A stretch of 64,000 bases of DNA from Candidatus Uhrbacteria bacterium RIFCSPLOWO2_01_FULL_47_25 (lineage in GTDB: Bacteria > Patescibacteriota > Patescibacteriia > GWA2-46-9). The first letter of the stretch is position 1; each line of letters begins with the position of its first letter. Below, one piece after another: positions 56,181-64,000 of this stretch. Under the pieces are notes generated by a model. That model was not told the DNA's origin. It made no database searches and was given only the letters and a program-made list of their open reading frames with translations. The translations under genes and the position numbers were made by a program. Location: positions 1,175 through 65,174 of the forward strand of contig MGEK01000039.1 of the NCBI GenBank assembly GCA_001791325.1. Reading direction: 5' to 3'.

Positions 56181-57419
56181 TCATGATTCGTATGGAATTA
56201 GTTTTCTATAAATCTCATCTAGCTTGCGCCCCACCACTTCCCAATCGTATTTTTGCACCATTCGTTCTCGCCCCCTGACTCCCATATCTTCACGTAATTT
56301 AGTGTCTTGGAGCAATGTGGCGAGTTTTTCCGTTAAATCCTTAATATCGCCCGGCCGTACTCTAAAACCAGTAACTCTGTCTTCAATAGTAACTCTGACT
56401 CCAGGAAAATCAGACACAATGGCCGGCAGTCCGCACGCCTGTGCTTCGGCCGCGGCGATGCAAAAAGATTCCACTCTGGCGGTTGAAGGCATAACAAAGA
56501 TATCCGCTGAACAATAATAATCCGGTAATTTTTCGTTCGGCACAAGCCCACCAAAGATTACCGCTCCTTCCAGCAATCCCAGCTTACCTGCTAGTGTCTC
56601 ATAATCTTTTTTCATATCTCCTCCGCCAACAATCAGACAGCGAAATTTCAATCCCTTTTTTCTTAATATTTCTAAGGATCGCAGCAATACTGGAATTCCT
56701 TTAAAATAATGTGCCCGATCAAGCCCGCCGACAAAAATGATGGCTTGCACATCATGATTCTTTTTCTCGGCTGGTTGAAATAAATTCGTGTCAACTCCCA
56801 GAGGCAAAAAATCCATAGGCACTTCAGCCCAAAGTTTTCGTGTTGCCCCAAAATCACTGCCCCGAAAAAAATCTTCTGACATATCCAGCACTAAATCGCT
56901 GTGGCGCAAAATGGTTGGCAGAAGATATCGGCGATGCCATGAAAAAAATTTACCGAGCCAACCTTCGGCCACGGCATCCATAATGTGATGAACAATAATT
57001 TTTGCCTTAGTCGTTCGCCTTATAATTGGTAAAAGCTCTGCCGCGCCAAAAAATGGATAAAACAAATGGATAATATCAAACGAACGCATTCGCCAAATTA
57101 ACTGCGGTAAAATTGCCGAATTGCCATATCTAACTAACGGAACAAGTTCGGTCGTCTTGACCACGCCGCGGAGTTGGGCGTCCGCCGCCATTTTTTCCCC
57201 CGCACCTTTCTCATTGGCATGAACCAATCGGAAATTATTAATTTTTACTCTTTCATTACCGTGATACGGCCGTGGCATATTTGTAACAAGGTGCGGGGCA
57301 AAAACCTCAACCTCATAGCCATGCCTTAGCGCCTCTTCAGCCATTCCTTTAGCGGCCATGCCCATACCGCCCGGATAAGGCGGATAAACGCAAGTTAAAA
57401 AGGCGACACGCGTTACCAT
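56181..57419 (-). CDS. Glycosyltransferase family 4
   Basis: YPPYPGG, HYFKG, ESFCIAAAEAQACG; start set to MVTRV. Confidence 0.92.
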   Translation of the reverse strand: MVTRVAFLTCVYPPYPGGMGMAAKGMAEEALRHGYEVEVFAPHLVTNMPRPYHGNERVKINNFRLVHANEKGAGEKMAADAQLRGVVKTTELVPLVRYGNSAILPQLIWRMRSFDIIHLFYPFFGAAELLPIIRRTTKAKIIVHHIMDAVAEGWLGKFFSWHRRYLLPTILRHSDLVLDMSEDFFRGSDFGATRKLWAEVPMDFLPLGVDTNLFQPAEKKNHDVQAIIFVGGLDRAHYFKGIPVLLRSLEILRKKGLKFRCLIVGGGDMKKDYETLAGKLGLLEGAVIFGGLVPNEKLPDYYCSADIFVMPSTARVESFCIAAAEAQACGLPAIVSDFPGVRVTIEDRVTGFRVRPGDIKDLTEKLATLLQDTKLREDMGVRGRERMVQKYDWEVVGRKLDEIYRKLIPYES

Positions 57420-58492
57420 ACGATAAACAAACGAACTATGCGCCAATACAAGTTAAATATAGGATTTACAGCCCGCAGCAATAATGAAGGCTCCTCTTGG
57501 TAAGCGATAACTCCCGAAAAACCAGCCACCACTGCCCGCTCTTTGACAGTACGCATTGCTTGATGAAGTTTTCTGGTTTTCAGTATGGCTGATAAATTTT
57601 TAATAACATATAAATACCCGCTAATCTTTTCTGCCCACCAACCTTTGAGTAAGCTCATTGTAACGACGCCAATTTCCATCAACAACCAAGCTGGCAATAT
57701 CATAAACAAAGTCAAAATATGATAATTTTCTAACAAAACAATTAATCTGTTTCTTTCACCGTATTCATACTTAATTTTACTGGAACGATGAAACTCATAA
57801 CGGTGGTAAACACGGCTCTCCGGCACCAGCACGCTTTTATATCCGGCCAGACGCACTCGCCAGCCAAAATCCAAATCCTCGTGATACATAAAAAAATCAT
57901 CCTGAAATAAGCTCAACTCTTCTATGGCGGCCATTCTTATCATTGCCGCCGCGCCAGAGGCATAAGTAATTTCCACGGGTCCGCGCAAAAATTTTTGTAC
58001 CCGTGAATCGCCAAGCGAGCGACCATCACCTTCAGTGTAACCAAACCCTAAAAAATGAATACGATTGCCCGCGCTGTTAATTTTGCGACCGTCTGCCCTA
58101 AGAAGTAAAGACTGGACAGCCGCAACTTCGGCGTGATTTTCCAGATATTCCACCAGCGGTTCGGCCCAGCGCGGGTGAACAGTAGTATCTTGATTAAGAA
58201 GCATGACATATTTAACCTTCATCTTTCTTAATTCACTGACTCCCCTATTACAGGCGCGCGCAAAACCAGTATTAGTAGACTGTTCAATCAATAATATATT
58301 TGGCCAATGGGAACGCACATAACCGGCCGCACCGTCGCCAGAAGCATTGTCAACCACGATCATGGACAAATTTGAATAGGTGGAAAATTTTAGGCTGCCG
58401 AGACACGATTCAAGATCACTACGACTGTTATATGACGGTATCACCACTCCGACTTTTGGAACATCATTATCTTTGGTCTGGTTCGTGATCAT
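57413..58492 (-). CDS. Glycosyltransferase family 2 (rhamnosyltransferase-like)
   Basis: VVDNAS, NTGFARACN, LLNQD, FFMYHEDLD. Confidence 0.92.
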   Translation of the reverse strand: MITNQTKDNDVPKVGVVIPSYNSRSDLESCLGSLKFSTYSNLSMIVVDNASGDGAAGYVRSHWPNILLIEQSTNTGFARACNRGVSELRKMKVKYVMLLNQDTTVHPRWAEPLVEYLENHAEVAAVQSLLLRADGRKINSAGNRIHFLGFGYTEGDGRSLGDSRVQKFLRGPVEITYASGAAAMIRMAAIEELSLFQDDFFMYHEDLDFGWRVRLAGYKSVLVPESRVYHRYEFHRSSKIKYEYGERNRLIVLLENYHILTLFMILPAWLLMEIGVVTMSLLKGWWAEKISGYLYVIKNLSAILKTRKLHQAMRTVKERAVVAGFSGVIAYQEEPSLLLRAVNPIFNLYWRIVRLFIVW

Positions 58493-58814
58493 GTTTGGCG
58501 TTCTTCAAAGCAATCTCTCTTACTAAATCCGTTAAACTCTTTTCTAGTCTATCCACCTTACGCGACATCGCAAACAAAACGTAAAAAAGGACAACCACTG
58601 AAATATATAAAGCCAAATCAACGCCCCGCCCAACGCCAAGTATATTGGCTAAAAGGGTGGCCGTCTGCGGCAATAAAATAACGACCGCCGCGGCCAGCCA
58701 AAAAACTGTCCACCATAACAGCTTGCGCCTGTCTAATCCACCACCCGCGTAAGCTCGCCAAGCTTTAAAAATGGCGAACAGGATGAAGACGATGATAATC
58801 CATTGGATGGGCAT
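58467..58814 (-). CDS. DUF2304-like membrane protein
   Basis: LGVGRGVD, LTDLVREIAL; follows a DPM-like GT2. Confidence 0.8.
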   Translation of the reverse strand: MPIQWIIIVFILFAIFKAWRAYAGGGLDRRKLLWWTVFWLAAAVVILLPQTATLLANILGVGRGVDLALYISVVVLFYVLFAMSRKVDRLEKSLTDLVREIALKNAKHDHEPDQR

Positions 58815-58815
58815 A

Positions 58816-58950
58816 CCCCGTTAGAAAGCCTCCTCAGCCCCCCGCTTGGCGGGGCGGGGCTGAATAAGATAAGTAGCTAGATAAATAATCATAAAAGCGT
58901 TGGCGATTAAGGAGATGGAATTAACACATTCGGACGGCTTTCTAATGGGG
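58816..58950. mobile_element. MITE-like element, CCCCGTTAGAA family
   Basis: CCCCGTTAGAAAGCC ... GGCTTTCTAATGGGG; abuts a start codon. Confidence 0.6.
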
Positions 58951-58990
58951 TATAATTCAAAACGCAAAATTTAAAAGTCAATTACCGCTG

Positions 58991-59659
58991 TTAAAAAAAT
59001 TTGTTTATCAAAAGCCGCCACACAATTTGTACAGCATTGCCACTCCCCTGCCCCCGGCCGAGCGAATAAGCAGTGTAATGAATCGTCACTGGTACTTCCA
59101 CGTATCTTAAATTTTTGTCGGCGATAATATCTAAAATCTCTGAAGCGTGAGCCATGCCATCATGAGTCAAACTTATTTGCATAGCGGCCGCTCTGGAAAA
59201 CGCTCGAAAGCCATTATGTACATCAGTAAGTTTGAGTCCGGAGAAAAAGCAAGTAAACAAAATACCTAAGTGCAAAATAAGACGTCGACCAATCGGCAAA
59301 GAAACAGCTTTACCCAAAAAGCGCGATCCTAATACCACATCCATTTGCCTCTCAGTAATCGGCGCTATCATAGCGGCAATATCTTTAGAGTCATGCTGGC
59401 CATCAGCGTCAAAATGTATAATTACATCAGCACCAAAATCAAGAGCAAGACGCGTACCGGTTTCCAAGGCCGCGCCCTGCCCGCGATTTATCAAATGACG
59501 TACAACAAACGCTCCGGCTCGTTTAGCTAAATCGCCCGTACTATCACTTGAGCCGTCGTCAACCACCACCACCCGATCAACAAACGCATTAAGCCGGGCA
59601 ATCACATCGCTGATTACCGCTGCTTCATTGTAGGCCGGCAGAACCGCTATAACTTTCAT
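58991..59659 (-). CDS. Polyprenol-phosphate glycosyltransferase (DPM1-like GT2)
   Basis: PAYNE, VVDDGSSD, NRGQG, FDADGQH, GSRF. Confidence 0.92.
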   Translation of the reverse strand: MKVIAVLPAYNEAAVISDVIARLNAFVDRVVVVDDGSSDSTGDLAKRAGAFVVRHLINRGQGAALETGTRLALDFGADVIIHFDADGQHDSKDIAAMIAPITERQMDVVLGSRFLGKAVSLPIGRRLILHLGILFTCFFSGLKLTDVHNGFRAFSRAAAMQISLTHDGMAHASEILDIIADKNLRYVEVPVTIHYTAYSLGRGQGSGNAVQIVWRLLINKFF

Positions 59660-59701
59660 ATTTTTCCACAATGCCCCAAGTGGCCAGCCGGATATCTGCT
59701 G

Positions 59702-60730
59702 TTATGCTCCTTTTTCTAAATCAATCAAACCTTTACTCGCCTCAAGAAATTCCACCGTATGTCCAAGGCCATCTTTCAAAAGAGTAATGGGGAACCACCC
59801 CAATTTATCTTTAGCCAAACTGATATCCGGCAAATGCTGGCGATAATAATTGACCGGCAATTCTTCTTTAACTTCAACAGTTGAGTGGGAACCAATCAAC
59901 TCCACTATCTGGCGTGCCAAATCCACGATCGGCACTTCTTGTTCTTGCCCCAAATTAACAGGTGAGGCGTCGCCTTGTTCCATCAGCTTGACTAAGCCCT
60001 TTACTATATCATCAACAAAACAGTATGAACCCTTTGATTCAGCCCCGCCATAAACTATAATTGGTTCACTATTTATAGCCCGGCGGGTAAATTCAACAAT
60101 TAATCGCGTATCAGTGAATCTCATCCGCGGCCCAAAGGTATTAAAAACTCTAGCAATACGAACATTAAGATTATGCTTGCGATGATAGGCGGTAACCAAT
60201 GTTTCACCAAACCTTTTACCTTCAATATATTGGCTGCGCGGCCCCAAGGGATCAACGATGCCTAATCGCCCCTCATGCATACGCCAATTGCCATCAGTCG
60301 GTTCGCCATACACTAAATCACTGGAAGCATATAGTAATTTAGCCTGATTATTTTTCGCTAACTCCAAGGCATGATAAAGCCCTACTGAATTGACTAGCAA
60401 AGTTTCAATTGGATATTTTTGAAAATCCCCTTCAGCCGTCGGCGAAGCAAGATAATAAATTTCCTGAATTCCCTGCCACGCTACTTTAAATTTTTCTAGT
60501 CCTGCCTCTTTGTCTGTCAAGGCTAAAGATTCGGTAATATCTTGCCTGACAAATTCAAAATTTGGATTCATCAGTAAATGATCTATATTATGTTCACTGC
60601 CAGTAATAAAATTATCAAGACAGATGACCTTGTGGTCGCGCACCAATTCATCGCAAAGATGCGAGCCAATGAACCCCGCACCACCCACCACTAAAATATT
60701 TTTCTTGTCAAAAATAGGTTTGGCTGACAT
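59702..60730 (-). CDS. NAD-dependent epimerase/dehydratase, UDP-glucuronate decarboxylase-like
   Basis: GGAGFIGSHLC, YIEGKR, RVFNTFGPRM. Confidence 0.88.
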   Translation of the reverse strand: MSAKPIFDKKNILVVGGAGFIGSHLCDELVRDHKVICLDNFITGSEHNIDHLLMNPNFEFVRQDITESLALTDKEAGLEKFKVAWQGIQEIYYLASPTAEGDFQKYPIETLLVNSVGLYHALELAKNNQAKLLYASSDLVYGEPTDGNWRMHEGRLGIVDPLGPRSQYIEGKRFGETLVTAYHRKHNLNVRIARVFNTFGPRMRFTDTRLIVEFTRRAINSEPIIVYGGAESKGSYCFVDDIVKGLVKLMEQGDASPVNLGQEQEVPIVDLARQIVELIGSHSTVEVKEELPVNYYRQHLPDISLAKDKLGWFPITLLKDGLGHTVEFLEASKGLIDLEKGA

Positions 60731-60986
60731 AAATAGACAATACTAATAAGGTACGATCAGGTAGTACGGGGCAGGCCCCGCAACGCTAACTATTAAAATA
60801 TTTTTCTTGTCAAAAATTGGTTTAGACATAATAAAAATTACATACGAAAGTACGAAAAATTACGAACGTACGAAATTGCGTTTAGTATGAGAACAATTCA
60901 TTTTTCGTACCTTTCGTATAATTTCGTAATTTCGTAAGAGTATTTGATATTGTCAGCCCACGGCTGATCGGCCTAGGGCCGAGGAT

Positions 60987-61409
60987 TTAGTCATTGGGAT
61001 TTTCAATGACTCTATTATATCCAAAAACCCAAAATTTAGCCAGCATGAAATTCCAGCCATAGCCGACAATTAGCACGGCCAAAACCTTGGCTATTAAGTC
61101 GTGAATATTGGCCGCTTCTACAAAAATAACCAAAAGACTGTTGTGCCAAAGCACGCCGAGGCCGTAAACCGTAAAATATTTACTATATTGGCGGATTGAT
61201 ATACCGCTCTGGTCATTGAAAGTCCAGCGCCTATTAATAAGATAATTTACGGCAATAGCGCCAATTGAGCTCAAAATACTGGCGGCTACATAGTAAGTGC
61301 GAAAAACCGGCACTCCCCGTGTCAGCGTGAAATAAACGCTAAAATCAATAACAGCTGAAATTCCCCCCACAAACGAGAATTTAATAATTTGCTTTAAAAA
61401 ATTTATCAT
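60987..61409 (-). CDS. GtrA family flippase-like protein
   Basis: QIIKFSFVG, NRRWTF, WNFMLAKFWVF. Confidence 0.9.
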   Translation of the reverse strand: MINFLKQIIKFSFVGGISAVIDFSVYFTLTRGVPVFRTYYVAASILSSIGAIAVNYLINRRWTFNDQSGISIRQYSKYFTVYGLGVLWHNSLLVIFVEAANIHDLIAKVLAVLIVGYGWNFMLAKFWVFGYNRVIENPND

Positions 61410-61410
61410 A

Positions 61411-61546
61411 CCCCGTTAGAAGTCCTGGGAAGATAAAATTCTTAAGAGAATTTTATCTTCTGCGGTAATTATAGTATTCAATTGGTTAATGAATTGTATC
61501 ATGGATAAAAGATTGAACATTGTGCTGAATCAGACTTCTAACGGGG
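61411..61546. mobile_element. MITE-like element, CCCCGTTAGAA family
   Basis: CCCCGTTAGAAGTC ... GACTTCTAACGGGG perfect 14-bp IR; fills the whole intergenic gap. Confidence 0.65.
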
Positions 61547-63829
61547 TTATCGCATTATCGCCAAACGCACGCCGCCGCGAAATTTTTCGTCATAGACTAA
61601 AAATTGACCAAGCAACTTGCCGCGCGGTGTGAACAGCCGCACCTGCGGTCCGCCCCGCGAAGCGGGGCCAATGGCAATTTCGCCCTTACCATCTCCATCT
61701 GTATCACCAATGGCTAAATTAATACCGCCGCGAAACTTGCTGTCCAAAACCATAAACTGACCGAGCAAATGACCCACGCCGTCAAAAATCATAATCTGCG
61801 GCCCTCCAAAGACGACTGGGGCGGTCACTATATTAGCTATGCCGCTGCCATCAAGATCGCCGGCGGCTACATTGATTCCTCCTTTGAATGTCGGATAAGG
61901 AAACCATTCAGAGACTAATTCTCCGCCATTTTTAAACACACGTACTGGTAAGTACTGGGTCGTACTACTTACGATAATTTCCGATTTTTTGTCCCCATCT
62001 ATGTCAGCCACGGCCACACTAAACCCACCGCGTAATTTTTTATCATAAGCAAAAAACTGCCCGCGCAAGCGTCCCCCTTTTTCAAAAATTCTGATCTGCG
62101 GTCCGCCTTGAGACATTGGCGCGACAACGACACTGCTCTCTCCTGTGCCATAAATATCCCCAGCCGCCACGATTACGCCGCCCTTAAACGGTTCGTCAAA
62201 AGCATACCATTGCGACTGCACGTTCCCAGCCACATCAAAAGTGCGCACTCTCCCCCGCCCGCCAGAACCCTCGCCAACCACAATTGTTTGTTCGCCACGA
62301 ATAATACCGCTTAATTTTACTTTCCGATTATCCTCCGGCTTCAAACGCGCCGCTTCACTGATAGCCACTGATCCACCGACACGACCGCGCTCATCAAATG
62401 ATAACCATTTAGATTTTATTTCTCCACGAAGAGTAAAAATGCGTACCTCCGGCACCATAACGCTGGCGGGCATGGTTATTAAACGGCTACCTTCGGCGAC
62501 GTTTTCTTGTGGCGGTTTTATACCCGGCGTAGACGCTCCCTTAAGGGCGCGAGCAACGTTCAAGCGACCGCGTCCCATTAATTTAGCCGCTGAGCGATTA
62601 ACTCCCACAATGCTGTCAGCGCTATCCATCAGAACCACCGCGACTTCAGCTGGCGATAGCTTGCGATTTTGCGCCCTGACTAAAGCCGCGGTTCCGGCAA
62701 CCATTGGAGCGGCGAGTGATGTGCCGGACCAGCCACCGCCATAAGCCTCACTTAAATTTTTTGCCAAATCGTAAACTTGCGTGCTGAAAATAGAATAGCC
62801 TGGAGCTGAAATATCAACACAATTTTCTCCATAATTAGCAAAGGGCGCTCTCTGATCTAATGTATCGGTTGCCGTCACCCCCAAAATCCAGTTGGAGCGG
62901 CTGTTAACGTCGTAACAAATTGGATAACGCGGCGATGTGTCCAGGTTTAACCCCCCTGATTCATCGGAATTACCAGCCGCCACCACAATCAAAACTCCGG
63001 CGGCATAAGCGCGTGCTAGAGCCGCTTCCAAGCGCTGACTCGCGCCAGTGCCAACAAAACTCAGGTTGATTATACTCGCGCCGTTATTGGTGGCGTATTC
63101 CACGGCTCGCGCAACATCTTCAACGTCTCCCTGTCCTTGCCTGTCTAAAACCCTAAGTGGCATAATACGTGTTCGCCAAGCGACACCGGCCACACCCTCC
63201 ACGTTATTACCCACGGCCGCGATAATGCCTGCTACAACAGTGCCGTGATGCAGGGCTGTGCGACTATAAGGAGGAGCGGCATCCGGACGCGGATCGCTTA
63301 AATTGTCCACAAAATCCCATCCTTGCGTATCGTCAATATAACCATTAGCGTCATTGTCAGCCCCGTCACCGGCGATCTCGCTCGGATTTGTCCAGATATT
63401 TTGTTTCAGATCAGGATGATTAATGTCAACGCCGGAATCCAAAACCGCCACCACCACATCCGGCGAGCCGGTAGTTACTTCCCAAGCTAAAGGCGCGCCA
63501 ATCTGCCGTAAATGCCACTGCTGTGGATAATAGACGTCATTTGGCTCAAAAGCAGAGAGAGAATAAATGTAATTCGGCTCGGCATATTCCACGTCCGGAT
63601 TTTGCGAATAAGCGGCGGCAATATCTGTCACCAACACATCATCGGTAAAATTAAATTTTAAAACATCATTATTGTCCTTAAGCTTAACCAGCACTTCACC
63701 CGGACGATAGTCAACAGCATCTGTGTCCCTTGGCACCATAACTTCGCGAGCCAAAGCCAGAAAGGGCAAAGCCGCAAGTCCGCCCACAACAATCCCCGCA
63801 AAAATACGATGAAATAATAATCGCTTCAT
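61547..63829 (-). CDS. S8 subtilisin-like protease with C-terminal FG-GAP-like repeats
   Basis: Catalytic DSG, HGT, GTSLAAP; repeats GD(L/I)DGDG..EI...GGPQ(I/V)RIF. Confidence 0.93.
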   Translation of the reverse strand: MKRLLFHRIFAGIVVGGLAALPFLALAREVMVPRDTDAVDYRPGEVLVKLKDNNDVLKFNFTDDVLVTDIAAAYSQNPDVEYAEPNYIYSLSAFEPNDVYYPQQWHLRQIGAPLAWEVTTGSPDVVVAVLDSGVDINHPDLKQNIWTNPSEIAGDGADNDANGYIDDTQGWDFVDNLSDPRPDAAPPYSRTALHHGTVVAGIIAAVGNNVEGVAGVAWRTRIMPLRVLDRQGQGDVEDVARAVEYATNNGASIINLSFVGTGASQRLEAALARAYAAGVLIVVAAGNSDESGGLNLDTSPRYPICYDVNSRSNWILGVTATDTLDQRAPFANYGENCVDISAPGYSIFSTQVYDLAKNLSEAYGGGWSGTSLAAPMVAGTAALVRAQNRKLSPAEVAVVLMDSADSIVGVNRSAAKLMGRGRLNVARALKGASTPGIKPPQENVAEGSRLITMPASVMVPEVRIFTLRGEIKSKWLSFDERGRVGGSVAISEAARLKPEDNRKVKLSGIIRGEQTIVVGEGSGGRGRVRTFDVAGNVQSQWYAFDEPFKGGVIVAAGDIYGTGESSVVVAPMSQGGPQIRIFEKGGRLRGQFFAYDKKLRGGFSVAVADIDGDKKSEIIVSSTTQYLPVRVFKNGGELVSEWFPYPTFKGGINVAAGDLDGSGIANIVTAPVVFGGPQIMIFDGVGHLLGQFMVLDSKFRGGINLAIGDTDGDGKGEIAIGPASRGGPQVRLFTPRGKLLGQFLVYDEKFRGGVRLAIMR

Positions 63830-63954
63830 AGATAGTTACCCTATTATACCATGTCAAAACAATATTCTTGCGATGAAGTAATTATCACGAAATATTACTT
63901 GAAACTACCCATAATAATTCATTATCGCAAAATCACAAACTAATATCAGTCAAT

Positions 63955-63982
63955 AACTATCATACTATATAGTATGATAGTT
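63955..63982. repeat. Perfect 28-bp palindrome
   Basis: AACTATCATACTAT|ATAGTATGATAGTT; 22-bp core identical to the 42.3 kb palindrome. Confidence 0.9.
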
Positions 63983-64000
63983 TCTGTATACTAAATAATA

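Overview
Bacterial chromosomal DNA whose gene content and style suggest a Patescibacteria/CPR (Parcubacteria-like) genome; this is inferred, not confirmed. Core loci: a nucleotide-sanitising cluster, secA, the murB-murC-murG-ftsW-mraY cluster, a type IV pilus operon (pilB/C/M/N/O), rpmA, pyrG, rplI, ctpA, murA, dTDP-rhamnose genes, a GC-rich purL with a truncated purD, a surface-glycosylation locus interrupted by an intact IS1595-family element, and an S8 protease. The standout is a ~11 kb non-canonical integron-like system (16.1-27.4 kb). It has a short tyrosine recombinase lacking the IntI-specific insertion, a candidate attI, 12 atypical attC-like hairpins and 8 gene cassettes, each bounded by its own 20-80 bp terminal inverted repeats. 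It also has 4 gene-less cassettes that carry a co-varying inverted copy of their own attC arms. No tRNA, rRNA or CRISPR array was recognised. All calls were made by eye; no database searches were run.
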